A DNA stretch of 64,000 bases from Ignavibacteriota bacterium (GTDB lineage: Bacteria > Bacteroidota > Ignavibacteria > UBA10030): assembly GCA_963727825.1 (NCBI GenBank), contig CAVSHO010000009.1, forward strand, positions 672,001 through 736,000. The letters run 5' to 3'. The translations under genes were made by a program, and so were the position numbers. Of this stretch, positions 50,369 to 60,570 are shown piece by piece. The notes below the pieces were generated by a model, which did no database searches, was not told the origin of the DNA, and worked only from the letters and a program-made list of their open reading frames with translations. Each line of letters starts with the position of its first letter. Within the stretch, counting starts at the first letter, position 1.

Positions 50369-51781
50369 TTAGATTCCTACCTTTGATGAAAGCTGCTCAT
50401 CGAGATTCATAACAATTTCTTCCATCTTCATTCCGCGCGATCCTTTGACAAGCACTATATCGCCATCAGCCAGTGTGTGCATTAAATATTCTGTGAGTGC
50501 AGATTTATTTTCAAAATGCGCCTTAGTTTCAACCGAAGCAGTGTCATTGATAAATTTTGAAAGCGGTCCGAATGTTAGAAGAATATCAACACCGCATCGT
50601 GCTGTATTCTTTCCAATTTGCCGGTGAAACTCTTCTGCTTGCTCGCCGAGTTCTAACATGTCGGCGAGAACCGCAATTTTCTTTCCCGTCGTTTTCATTG
50701 CTTGCAAAGTTGTCAATGCTGCAAGTGTGGAATCGGGGTTTGCATTGTACGTGTCATTTAAAACCGTTACCCGAGAAATGTGTTGCAGTTGCATTCGTTT
50801 GCTGGCAGACTGGAACGATGCAAGTGATTTCTGAATATCTGCCGGTGGCACATTCATCTTTAGACCTACCGAGGCAGCAGCAAGGGCGTTCTTTGCATTG
50901 TGTTCTCCGGGAATTCCTACAGTGATATCGAACGCCTTCTTGCCTTTCGGCTTTACATGCAGCAATGCTTGCGCATTGGTATTAAATGATTTAATTGTGC
51001 CTGTGATGGAAACTCTGCGGAAATAGAATCCAAAACTCACTATTTTTTTGTTTTTTTTGGATAAACGAACGAGATGCTTATCGTCTGCATTGACAAAGAT
51101 TATGCCGTGATGCTTTGCTATCCAAACGAACAATTCTCCTTCCGATTTGGCAACGCCTTCCAGCGAACCAAAGAATTCCAAATGTTCTCTGCCGATATTT
51201 GTCAGCAACCCATGCGTTGGTTCTAAAATAGAGCACAAGTAATCAATTTCACGGGGGTGATTCGTGCCGATCTCAACAATCGCAATCTCGTGTTTCTTTT
51301 CTAATAGGAAGAGTGTTTGCGGTACACCAATATGGTTATTTAGATTTCCCTCTGTGCAGAGTACGTTGTATTTAGTTCCAAGTACATCCCGGATCATTTC
51401 CTTTGTTGTTGTTTTGCCGTTTGATCCGCCTATGGCAATAACAGGAATGTCAAACTTACGGCGATACAGGTTGGCAAGTTTTCCTAGCGCCTGAATCGTG
51501 TTTTCGACAATAAGACGTGGAATATTTATGCTGACCATCATCGAAACGTTTACTTCTGCCCAGCGATGTTCAACAATGATGCAGACTGCGCCTGCTTCGA
51601 TTGCTTTAGAAATAAAGTTATGTCCATCAAACTGATCGCCACGAATAGCTACAAATAAATCGCCTGCTTTAACTGTGCGTGAATCTATGGAGATGCCTGT
51701 GACTTTTAAATTCTTCAACCCATCAAAACCTATCGCTTTGAAATGCGGTATTGCTAATATGTCGGACTTTATCAATTTCAT
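50369..51781 (-). CDS. murF: UDP-MurNAc-tripeptide--D-Ala-D-Ala ligase
   Basis: GSNGKTTTKE, NLNNHIGVP, DTYNANP, DMLELG, KGSRG. Confidence 0.96.
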   Translation of the reverse strand: MKLIKSDILAIPHFKAIGFDGLKNLKVTGISIDSRTVKAGDLFVAIRGDQFDGHNFISKAIEAGAVCIIVEHRWAEVNVSMMVSINIPRLIVENTIQALGKLANLYRRKFDIPVIAIGGSNGKTTTKEMIRDVLGTKYNVLCTEGNLNNHIGVPQTLFLLEKKHEIAIVEIGTNHPREIDYLCSILEPTHGLLTNIGREHLEFFGSLEGVAKSEGELFVWIAKHHGIIFVNADDKHLVRLSKKNKKIVSFGFYFRRVSITGTIKSFNTNAQALLHVKPKGKKAFDITVGIPGEHNAKNALAAASVGLKMNVPPADIQKSLASFQSASKRMQLQHISRVTVLNDTYNANPDSTLAALTTLQAMKTTGKKIAVLADMLELGEQAEEFHRQIGKNTARCGVDILLTFGPLSKFINDTASVETKAHFENKSALTEYLMHTLADGDIVLVKGSRGMKMEEIVMNLDEQLSSKVGI

Positions 51782-53277
51782 TATAGAAGATTTTCTACAA
51801 CTTCTCGGTCGCTAAAATGTGTTTTCTCTTTACCTATTATTTGATAATCTTCATGCCCTTTGCCTGCTATAAGGACAACATCACCGCGTTGTGCACACTT
51901 GATTGCACGTTCAATTGCTGTATGTCGATCTACTTCGCGCAAAACGTTTGCGTGGCGGGTAATACCCCGCATAATATCATTGATAATTGTCTCCGGCTCT
52001 TCTGTTCGCGGATTGTCAGATGTCACAATGACAATATCGCTATAGTCGCCTGCAATACGTCCCATTATTGGGCGTTTAGTTTTATCGCGATCACCGCCAG
52101 CACCAAATACTGTAATGATGCGCCCATGGTTTTCTTTTGGTAAAACATCGTGGATAGTTTTTAAACAATTTTCAAGCGCATCCGGGGTATGTGCGTAATC
52201 GACGATAGCCGTCCATCCGGCAGGAGAAGTTATACGTTCAAACCTGCCACGTACATTTTTTAAGTTCTTAATACCTGTAAGAATCTGTTCTTGCTGAAGC
52301 CCGAGCGCAAGACCTGTTGCGTAAGCTGCCAGAACATTATATACGTTAAATGTGCCAATGAGCGGAGTCGAAACCGTACATTCTTCTTGACCATTGCTGA
52401 CAATAAATGTTGTTCCATTTATACTGAGCTGGATTTCCTTTGCGAATATATTTGCAGTTGAGTTAATGCCGTATGAAATTTTTTTCGTATCAATGGAACC
52501 GAGAAGTTGAATTCCCCATTGATCATCATGATTGATAACTGCGTAACACGATGGTTTCAAGTGCGTAAATAATATTTTCTTCGCCTCAAAATAATTTTCC
52601 ATCGTAACGTGATAATCAAGATGATCCTGCGTTAAGTTGGTGAAGACGGCGACGTCGAAATCTAATCCATAAACACGGCGTTGATCCAGCGCATGCGATG
52701 ATACTTCCATTGAAACAGAGGTGCAATTGTTTTCTACCATTGATGCGAATAGTTCGTTTAACTCTAAGGATTCGGGCGTTGTGTGTGTTGCTGGAATGAT
52801 TTGCTCACCAATCTGGTATTCTATAGTTCCTACTAATCCAACCTTTTCTCCATCCGTTTCCAAAATCGCTTTAACCAAATGCGATGTGGTAGTTTTTCCA
52901 TTGGTCCCTGTAATGCCAACAAACTTTAATTTTTTCGATGGATGACTAAAAAAATTTGCAGACATTATAGCAAGTGCTTTGCGAGAATCCGGCACAACGA
53001 CCTTAATGACGCCTGCATGCATACACAATGGATCTGGTAGAACCCCATCATCTTGGAGCACGACAACCTTTGCGCCTTGATTAATAGCGCTTTGAATAAA
53101 TATATGTCCATCACTCGCCGTACCTTTGATTGCGACGAAGCAGTCACCCCTTTGAATTTTTCTCGAGTCGTACTGCACTTTGCCTATTTCAACCTCGTGT
53201 GTAACAACCATTTGGCCGTACATAGTCTGAAATAATTTGGAAACCGTTACATTTTCAAGAAGTTGAGAAAGACGCAT
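51781..53277 (-). CDS. murE: UDP-MurNAc-dipeptide--meso-DAP ligase
   Basis: TGTNGKTT, MEVSSH, DYAHTPD, DNPR (DAP-type), AGKGHE. Confidence 0.97.
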   Translation of the reverse strand: MRLSQLLENVTVSKLFQTMYGQMVVTHEVEIGKVQYDSRKIQRGDCFVAIKGTASDGHIFIQSAINQGAKVVVLQDDGVLPDPLCMHAGVIKVVVPDSRKALAIMSANFFSHPSKKLKFVGITGTNGKTTTSHLVKAILETDGEKVGLVGTIEYQIGEQIIPATHTTPESLELNELFASMVENNCTSVSMEVSSHALDQRRVYGLDFDVAVFTNLTQDHLDYHVTMENYFEAKKILFTHLKPSCYAVINHDDQWGIQLLGSIDTKKISYGINSTANIFAKEIQLSINGTTFIVSNGQEECTVSTPLIGTFNVYNVLAAYATGLALGLQQEQILTGIKNLKNVRGRFERITSPAGWTAIVDYAHTPDALENCLKTIHDVLPKENHGRIITVFGAGGDRDKTKRPIMGRIAGDYSDIVIVTSDNPRTEEPETIINDIMRGITRHANVLREVDRHTAIERAIKCAQRGDVVLIAGKGHEDYQIIGKEKTHFSDREVVENLL

Positions 53278-53364
53278 TAGAAATCAAAAGCCTTTCGTTG
53301 GGATATAACATTTTCTAACTACTCATCGACAAGGAGTATAGCTCTTGTCAAGAAAATTACATTA

Positions 53365-55554
53365 TCAATACAGCGATGCCTGCATTACACTTCGTGGTGA
53401 ACATAGTAACACGATGCTTGAACCTGCTGTTGCACGTTCGCCCGCAGCTGGAATTTGCTGTGTCACAACACCAGATCCTTGCACCTTTATTTCAAATTCA
53501 TCTGAAACAAGCCGATTCATCGCACGTCGGATGCTCATACCTCGTACGTCCGGCACGGCAATCATTCCGTCAGACGAAACAACAGGTTCACCGTTGAGGA
53601 TGAGAGAGACAGCTTCACCTTTCTCGATTTTCTTTCCCGGTTCAGGTGTCTGTTTTATCACAATTGTTCCAATTCCAAATGTCTGGCAATTCAATTCGTA
53701 ACTTGAAAGCATTTTCTTTGCTAGCGACGGCTGCAGCATACGAACATCGGGGACGGAGACTGTACCATTTATCGTAGGTTCTTGTGCAATTGCAGTACGT
53801 GAAAATTTATATGATGTCGTAATCACTCGCTCAGCAATTGAATGAAAAACCGGCCCGCTTGTACTGCCGCCGTAATAACTTTTCGCTCTTGGGTTGTCCA
53901 TCATCACCAAGCATACAACTTGCGGATCTTCTACAGGGAAAAAGCCGACAAACGAGGCAGTATAGTTACTCTGCACATATTTGCCATTTAAATATTTTCT
54001 CGAGGTTCCAGTTTTACCGGCGATACGAACACCGTTAATGCGCGCCTCTTTTCCAGTGCCACGTTCGACAACTCCTTCAAACGCAGAGATTAATTCATCC
54101 TGAGTCCGCGTTGACATCACGCGTCTGATAGCTTGGGGTTTCTGCTCGGATATCATTTTTCCGTCGGCATTTTTGATTTTATCTATGACGTACGGTTTCA
54201 TCAATATTCCTTTATTTGCCACGGCTGCATAGGCACATGCAATCTGAAGAGGCGTTACTCCGATTTCATATCCATAGGACATAGTCTGCAGTGTCGTACC
54301 CGACCAATCGTGATCGCTTGGCTTCTTGAGCACGCCACGCACTTCGCCAGGAAGATCAATTCCTGTTGTCATACCAAAACCAAAATCGCGCGCTTGACGA
54401 TAAAGTTTTTCGCCGCCAATGAGTTTACCAACCTTTGCCAGTACAATATTGCTGGATAATTCAATGGCTTCCTGGAACGTGAGATTGCTATATTCATGCG
54501 AATCGCTAATCAGACGAAATTTATTTCCACCAAGGAAGACTTTCATTTTTCCGTGCTCGGCGTCGAAGAGCATTTCAGGAGTTACAAGATTATTTTCGTA
54601 CGCTGCCGTCGCCGTTACGACTTTAAACACCGAGCCCGGTTCAAATACATCGCTCACTACTCTGTTTCGTGCAACAGCTACATCGAATGTACCAGCATCA
54701 TTCGGATTTATGCACGGATAAATTGACAGTGCCAGTACCTCTCCTGTTTTGGGATTCAAAATGAGCGCACAACCGCCGTCGGCTCTATTTGCTTCAACGC
54801 CATGTTTTAATTCTTCATCAACGATGGCTTGATATGTTATATCAATTGTGAGATAAATATCTTTCCCGTTTATTGGTTCGCGGCGCGGATAATCCGCAGA
54901 AGGACGTACACGCCCTAAACCATCCCGCTGCATCACAACCGAACCGTTAACACCTTTCATCTCGTTGTCATATTGCAATTCGATTCCCGAAATGCCTTTA
55001 TTATCAACATTCGTAAATCCAAGCAATGCGCCGGCAAGTTCATCGTAATGATATAATCGCTTTGGTTCGTTTATCATTACGATGCCGTCTAGTTTTGCCA
55101 ACTCAACACGATGCGCAATTTCCGGTTTCACTCTGCGTTCAAGCCAGACAAATCGTTTATTGTTTTGATTTTGATCCGTATCACGTAATTTGTCTAAATA
55201 GAATGAGCGTGGTTTTCCGAAAATGCCTGCAAATGTTTCTGCCACATGCTCCTGATTGTCACCGATAATTTTGGGGTCAGCGGCAAAAGAAAGAAACATT
55301 GTGTTAGAAACAATTACATTACCGTTCCGATCGAAAATTTCTCCTCGCGTTGCAGGCAGAACAAATGAACGCTCATACTGCTTCCGTGCTAAGGTTTTAT
55401 ATATACTTGAATCGACTACTTGAATTTTTGCTAATCGAACAACAATTAGAGCAAAGAAAGCAAGGAAACACAATTTTAGGATAAGAAACTTTGACCGGGA
55501 AAGAGATGACAACTCTTTTTCTGAAACTATATTCTCTGTATCCCGATCTATCAT
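53365..55554 (-). CDS. ftsI: Division transpeptidase (PBP3) with two PASTA domains
   Basis: EPGSVFK, SSN, KTG; two VPDVR PASTA repeats. Confidence 0.93.
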   Translation of the reverse strand: MIDRDTENIVSEKELSSLSRSKFLILKLCFLAFFALIVVRLAKIQVVDSSIYKTLARKQYERSFVLPATRGEIFDRNGNVIVSNTMFLSFAADPKIIGDNQEHVAETFAGIFGKPRSFYLDKLRDTDQNQNNKRFVWLERRVKPEIAHRVELAKLDGIVMINEPKRLYHYDELAGALLGFTNVDNKGISGIELQYDNEMKGVNGSVVMQRDGLGRVRPSADYPRREPINGKDIYLTIDITYQAIVDEELKHGVEANRADGGCALILNPKTGEVLALSIYPCINPNDAGTFDVAVARNRVVSDVFEPGSVFKVVTATAAYENNLVTPEMLFDAEHGKMKVFLGGNKFRLISDSHEYSNLTFQEAIELSSNIVLAKVGKLIGGEKLYRQARDFGFGMTTGIDLPGEVRGVLKKPSDHDWSGTTLQTMSYGYEIGVTPLQIACAYAAVANKGILMKPYVIDKIKNADGKMISEQKPQAIRRVMSTRTQDELISAFEGVVERGTGKEARINGVRIAGKTGTSRKYLNGKYVQSNYTASFVGFFPVEDPQVVCLVMMDNPRAKSYYGGSTSGPVFHSIAERVITTSYKFSRTAIAQEPTINGTVSVPDVRMLQPSLAKKMLSSYELNCQTFGIGTIVIKQTPEPGKKIEKGEAVSLILNGEPVVSSDGMIAVPDVRGMSIRRAMNRLVSDEFEIKVQGSGVVTQQIPAAGERATAGSSIVLLCSPRSVMQASLY

Positions 55555-56078
55555 TGCTTGTGTTCCATTTGTTGTTGTATAACTTCTTCCACTTCGTTAA
55601 CTCTTTCAGGATCAATCTCAATCCACACTGGAAGCTGTCCGAGATTCCGCAATCCTAATTGGTCGTGTGCAATTTGTTGAATTCGTTCTAACCCAGATAG
55701 CCGGTTGATTTGTGCTTTTAGCAACTCTTGTTCATTCAATATTTGCTGATGCTTTGTTTGGAGTACATTAATTTGAACTATCAGATTCCCAACAGCCAAA
55801 ATATTGCCAATGTACAATACGCTTGCCACTGCACCGCCAAGAAGAAGCAATACAATAGTAAATGGAGAAACCCTTCGTTTCTTTTGCTTTTTATTGCGTG
55901 GTGCTTGCGGGGCATTGATTGGCAATGCTTCATCATTTAATGAACTAGTTGTTCCGTTGTAAACCATATCCCTTGCTTCACGTATCTTCGGGATAGAAAT
56001 TGGCGAAGTCGTCTGCTCGTACTTTGCCATCGCATTGGCTGCAAAAATTTCATTGATATTTTGTTTTTCATATTCCAC
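55551..56078 (-). CDS. ftsL: Cell division protein FtsL-like
   Basis: Single TM, coiled coil, SGLERIQQIA..QLGL; lies between rsmH and ftsI. Confidence 0.75.
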   Translation of the reverse strand: MEYEKQNINEIFAANAMAKYEQTTSPISIPKIREARDMVYNGTTSSLNDEALPINAPQAPRNKKQKKRRVSPFTIVLLLLGGAVASVLYIGNILAVGNLIVQINVLQTKHQQILNEQELLKAQINRLSGLERIQQIAHDQLGLRNLGQLPVWIEIDPERVNEVEEVIQQQMEHKQ

Positions 56079-56092
56079 GAACAGTGTTTTTC

Positions 56093-57025
56093 TTATAATT
56101 TCTCTGCAGCCCGAAGCTTTGCACTTCGTGAACGACGGTTAATTTTCATTTCTTCTTTTGACGCCGTTACAGGTTTTCGTGTTAATATCTTCAGCACCGG
56201 CTGAAGCGGCTTATCTGGAATAATTTTATTTCCTGAAGGAATCGACTGCGCCGATGCTGCACGAAAAGCATATTTAACCAACCGATCTTCTAATGAATGA
56301 TAAGAGATGACAACGAGTCTTCCACTGGGCTTCAACAAATCAATACACTCATACAATGCTTGCCGAAGATTCTCTATTTCATTATTTACTTCAATACGAA
56401 TTGCTTGAAAAACTCGCGCTAATGTTTTATTCAGAAATTGTCCACCAACAGTTCGCTCGACAAGGGCCGCAAGCTGGCCAGTGGTATCGATTGATTGTTC
56501 AACGCGTCGTTGCACAATCGCTTTTGCAATTCGGCGTGAATGCTTTTCTTCGCCGTACATCCATAGAATATCTACTAATGCTTGTTCGTCGTAATGGTTA
56601 ATAATGTGCTTCGCATCCACTTGTTGATGACGATCCATACGCATATCAAGCAGTTCGTCCATTTGAAAACTAAATCCTTTTGTCGGTTCATCAATTTGAT
56701 ATGATGAAACACCAAGATCGAGCAATATGCCTTGAACTTGGTGTATACTATTTTGAGAAAGAACAGATTTAATATTTCTAAAATTTTCTCTTACAAAAAT
56801 AGCGCGTTCTCCAAAACGCGCCAGGCGTTCACGCGCGGCTTCCAATGCATCGTCGTCAAGATCAATACCGATCAGCTTGCCGGACGGCATCAGCTGTTCA
56901 AGTATTGCTTCTGCATGGCCGCCGCCGCCGAGCGTTCCATCAACATAAAACCCGTTCCTTGCGGTAAGAAGGTTGAATAGAACCTCCTGCAAAAGAACGG
57001 GAGTATGATACGTGTTTGCCTCCAA
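56093..57025 (-). CDS. rsmH: 16S rRNA m4C1402 methyltransferase
   Basis: HTPVLL, DGTLGGGGH, DLGVSS, FQAIRIEVN, SYHSLEDR, RSAKLR. Confidence 0.97.
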   Translation of the reverse strand: MEANTYHTPVLLQEVLFNLLTARNGFYVDGTLGGGGHAEAILEQLMPSGKLIGIDLDDDALEAARERLARFGERAIFVRENFRNIKSVLSQNSIHQVQGILLDLGVSSYQIDEPTKGFSFQMDELLDMRMDRHQQVDAKHIINHYDEQALVDILWMYGEEKHSRRIAKAIVQRRVEQSIDTTGQLAALVERTVGGQFLNKTLARVFQAIRIEVNNEIENLRQALYECIDLLKPSGRLVVISYHSLEDRLVKYAFRAASAQSIPSGNKIIPDKPLQPVLKILTRKPVTASKEEMKINRRSRSAKLRAAEKL

Positions 57026-57039
57026 TGAAAGCCGATAAA

Positions 57040-57489
57040 TTATTGCTGCGGCTTAAATACTTGCTCGGCAACAGTTTCGTATGTGTCTGGATGATTTCTC
57101 TGATACTCTTCATACACCGCAGGGTTCCAGATCTCCACTCGATCTAGTACGCCAAGAATTAATACTTCGTTTTTAATCCCGGCAAATTCCATAAGCTCTG
57201 GAGGAATTGTGATACGCGATTGTCCGTCGATCTTTGAATCATTTGCTCGCTCAAATAATGTGCGTGCATAAAAACGATGTTGTGCATCTAAAAATGAAAG
57301 GCCTCGCACAAATTGTTCTAATTTATTCCACTCATCTTGCGGATAGACATATAGACAACGTTCAAAACCACGTGTTACGACGAAATTTCCTTTCGCACTT
57401 GTTGCAAGATTGCTTCGCAGCTTTGCTGGAAGTGCCACACGCCCTTTTTCATCTACTGAATAAGAATATCTACCCTTAAATGATGACAC
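57040..57489 (-). CDS. mraZ: Division/cell wall cluster transcriptional repressor
   Basis: DEKGRVALP and DGQSRITIP repeats. Start trimmed to GTG 57489, preceded by GAGGT. Confidence 0.93.
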   Translation of the reverse strand: MSSFKGRYSYSVDEKGRVALPAKLRSNLATSAKGNFVVTRGFERCLYVYPQDEWNKLEQFVRGLSFLDAQHRFYARTLFERANDSKIDGQSRITIPPELMEFAGIKNEVLILGVLDRVEIWNPAVYEEYQRNHPDTYETVAEQVFKPQQ

Positions 57490-57532
57490 CCCTACCTCAT
57501 AATTTTCACAAATTTTCGCATAGAAAAACGGC

Positions 57533-57597
57533 TTCCCAATTTCCCCACTTTTCCCCACGTTGGAGATCAAATTTACTGAAATACCATTGAAAGTCAA
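57533..57597 (-). promoter_or_regulatory. dcw promoter with three MraZ-binding boxes
   Basis: TTGACT-16 nt-TAAATT (57597-57570), then GTGGGGAAAA-GTGGGGAAA-TTGGGAA (TGGG direct repeats, spacing 10 and 9). Confidence 0.8.
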
Positions 57598-57906
57598 GCA
57601 AAAATTAGAGTTTTTTAATTGACACGGTCAGAAGTGCTTTTATGGTTTCCTTAACCAGCTGGCTACTTTACTTTTACTCAGGTTTGAACTTCTAGAACTT
57701 CGATAATAGTTAAGTAATATTCCTTTGCAAGATCGGATTTAATCGTTGAGCAAAGAGTTTCGTTACTCTTACTGGCATTGGAACATCAAGAATATTTACA
57801 GTTTCCAGAAAAAATGTATTTGAAAAAGTGTTCAACGAAAAAGCTTTGAATTTATCCTTTCATTTCAATAGCTTGAAATAATTGAATTGTCGGCGGAATT
57901 TAAACT

Positions 57907-59043
57907 ATGGACACAAACAGAAGAAATTTTTTAAAATCCACTGCCCTTGTAACCGGTGCCGCTATGATAACGAATAATCCGTATGAAGTTCTTGCCGAAA
58001 GTGTTCCTGACAGTTTCCGTTATGGAAAGATGAATTTGACATATCGTCCTTACACTTTAGAATTGAAACACGTTTTTACTATTGCAACCAATTCCCGTAC
58101 AACGACGCCAATAGTATTGACAGAGATTGAATTCAACGGCATTGTTGGTTATGGCGAAGCATCGATGCCGCCGTATCTTGGCGAGACACATGAAAGCGTG
58201 CTGGCATTTCTCTCCAAGGTTGATTTTAGCAAGTATGATAATCCATTTGACCTTGAAAATATACTGAACGACATCGACAACATTGCGCAAGGAAATCCGG
58301 CAGCAAAGGCATCGGTGGATATTGCTCTACACGACCTTGTCGGCAAGATAATGAGCCAACCGTGGTATAATATTTGGGGATATGATAAGAATAAAACGCC
58401 GTTTACTTCTTTTACTATCGGTATCGATACCCCGGAGGTGGTGCGGCAAAAAACAAGAGAAGCTGAAGAATTTAAAGTGTTAAAAGTAAAACTTGGCCGC
58501 GACACTGACAAAGAAATGATCGAGACCATTCGTTCTATCACAGATAAGCCGATCACTAGCGATGTGAATCAGGGGTGGACAAATAAGGAAAAAGCGCTTG
58601 AGATGCTTCACTGGCTAAAAGAGCACGATGTCGTAATGGTGGAACAACCGATGCCGAAGGAACGAATTGATGATTTAGCATGGCTGACAGAACGATCGCC
58701 GCTCCCAATTATTGGCGATGAAGGAGTACAGCGGCTTGTGGACGTGAAAAACGCCGTTGGTGTGTACCACGGTATTAACATTAAATTGATGAAGAGTACG
58801 GGAATGCGCGAGGCACAGAAAATGCTAACCCTTGCCCGTTCGCTGGGAATGAAAGTAATGCTTGGGTGTATGACAGAGACTTCTTGCGCTATTTCTGCCG
58901 CTTCACATCTCTCGCCGATGGTTGACTGGGCAGATCTCGACGGCGCATTGCTCATTAAAAACGATATCTTTGACGGCACAAAAATCATTAATGGAAAGGT
59001 GATGTTGATGGATCGGCCTGGTATTGGAGTTGTAAAAGTTTGA
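57907..59043 (+). CDS. Dipeptide (L-Ala-D/L-Glu-type) epimerase, enolase superfamily, with Tat signal
   Basis: RRNFLK leader, KVKLG, DVNQGW, EQP, DE, NIKLMK, DLDG. Confidence 0.9.
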   Translation: MDTNRRNFLKSTALVTGAAMITNNPYEVLAESVPDSFRYGKMNLTYRPYTLELKHVFTIATNSRTTTPIVLTEIEFNGIVGYGEASMPPYLGETHESVLAFLSKVDFSKYDNPFDLENILNDIDNIAQGNPAAKASVDIALHDLVGKIMSQPWYNIWGYDKNKTPFTSFTIGIDTPEVVRQKTREAEEFKVLKVKLGRDTDKEMIETIRSITDKPITSDVNQGWTNKEKALEMLHWLKEHDVVMVEQPMPKERIDDLAWLTERSPLPIIGDEGVQRLVDVKNAVGVYHGINIKLMKSTGMREAQKMLTLARSLGMKVMLGCMTETSCAISAASHLSPMVDWADLDGALLIKNDIFDGTKIINGKVMLMDRPGIGVVKV

Positions 59044-59064
59044 CGACGATCAACTTTGTCGAGG

Positions 59065-59664
59065 TTAGCTTAGGAGTGTATTTAATGAAGTGTTAAGTTT
59101 CTTCACACCCTCAAAACGAATTGCCTGCATACCAATTAAGCGCGCCCCTTCGACGTTCGATTCAAGATCATCAATTAAAAGTATTTCAGAAGGATAAATT
59201 TTTTGATCTTTGATAATGGCGTCATAGAATTCGTGCATTGGTTTCATAACATGCAATTTATAAGAGAGATAGTGTTTGTGAAGAATGCTGAGTGCGTCGA
59301 ACTTTTCCAAACTAATCTTATAGTGAATTTCATTTGTATTGCTAACCAATGCTGTTCGGTGTGTGCGAGACACACTTTTTACGACTTCTATCATTCCAAT
59401 AACAGGTTCCCGCATAATATTCGCAAATGCTTGCCCAAGTTGTTCGGTATAAAAAGGTTGCCCGAAAACAGATTGAAGCCCAGCCAAGTATTCACTCGTT
59501 GATACAAATCCAATTTCATATTGATGTGTCCACGATTTATATCCATCTGCAAACGGTGCAATTTCTTCTGGGCGCAGAAAGCCGAGTGAGCGCCAGAACT
59601 CGTTAAAATCAATAAATGCGAGCACGTTTCCAAGGTCAAATAACACCGTTTTTATTTGCCCCAT
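59065..59664 (-). CDS. HAD-family phosphatase
   Basis: FDLGNVL, VSNTN, KP, IDD...NV. Confidence 0.88.
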   Translation of the reverse strand: MGQIKTVLFDLGNVLAFIDFNEFWRSLGFLRPEEIAPFADGYKSWTHQYEIGFVSTSEYLAGLQSVFGQPFYTEQLGQAFANIMREPVIGMIEVVKSVSRTHRTALVSNTNEIHYKISLEKFDALSILHKHYLSYKLHVMKPMHEFYDAIIKDQKIYPSEILLIDDLESNVEGARLIGMQAIRFEGVKKLNTSLNTLLS

Positions 59665-59818
59665 CAGCCATTCTCCTTTCTTCTTCTCACAATAAAAGAT
59701 CGTAAGAAGTTCTAAGATATAAAAACAGAATCTATGGGAACTTCATTTGTTTGTTACTTTGTTATAAATCGTGACAATAAATCATTCAAATTTAACATTC
59801 ATTGAAAAGGGATATTTC

Positions 59819-60382
59819 ATGATTAAGATTAACTCACCAGCACCCGATTTTACTGAAGATGCTTTTATAGACAATCAAATTAAAAAGACCTCACTTAAGG
59901 ATTATCGAGGCAAGTGGGTTATTCTATTTTTCTATCCAGCAGATTTTACTTTTGTGTGTCCAACAGAACTCGGAGAATTAGCTGATCACTATGACGAAAT
60001 CAAATCAGAGGGCGCGGAAGTAATTTCAGTAAGCGTAGATACTGGATTTGTGCATAAGGCCTGGCACGATACCTCTGATACGATCAAGAAAATTAAATAT
60101 CCCATGCTTGCCGATCCGGCAAGGCACGTTTCCTCCGCGTATGGTACACTCATTGAAGACGAAGGACTGTCGTTGCGAGGAACATTTATCATTGACCCGC
60201 AGGGTATTTTGAAGGCGTACGAAATTAACGACAACAGTATTGGTAGAAGTATTGATGAACTAATTCGCAAATTGCAGGCAGCAAAATTTGTTGCCGAGCA
60301 TAACGGCGAGGTCTGTCCAATGAATTGGAAACCGGGAGCAAAGACTCTTAGGCCGGGATTAGATTTGGTTGGAAAGATTTAG
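59819..60382 (+). CDS. ahpC: 2-Cys peroxiredoxin
   Basis: FYPADFTFVCPTE, EVCP. Start trimmed to ATG 59819. Confidence 0.95.
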   Translation: MIKINSPAPDFTEDAFIDNQIKKTSLKDYRGKWVILFFYPADFTFVCPTELGELADHYDEIKSEGAEVISVSVDTGFVHKAWHDTSDTIKKIKYPMLADPARHVSSAYGTLIEDEGLSLRGTFIIDPQGILKAYEINDNSIGRSIDELIRKLQAAKFVAEHNGEVCPMNWKPGAKTLRPGLDLVGKI

Positions 60383-60570
60383 TTTGAGTAGATATAAAAT
60401 ATAATAGCATGGCAAAATGAAACAGTGCGCGTCTCTGGGAATGTAATTGTCGAAGGAGGCGTTTGTATTTATTAATCTTCATCGTTTAATTTATGATCGC
60501 ACATCAAGACCAGGCGATATGAAACACCCCCCCCCGACTACTATTGTTCTATTTAAGTGTCTTTTTATAT

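Noticed and set aside
53328-53349. Hairpin containing TTGACA and TATACT between ftsI and murE
   Set aside because: The hexamers are only 5 nt apart, so this is not a promoter; an ordinary intergenic stem.
60527-60535. C9 homopolymer between ahpC and rodA
   Set aside because: Lies between convergent 3' ends, not in a promoter or ORF, so phase variation is unsupported.
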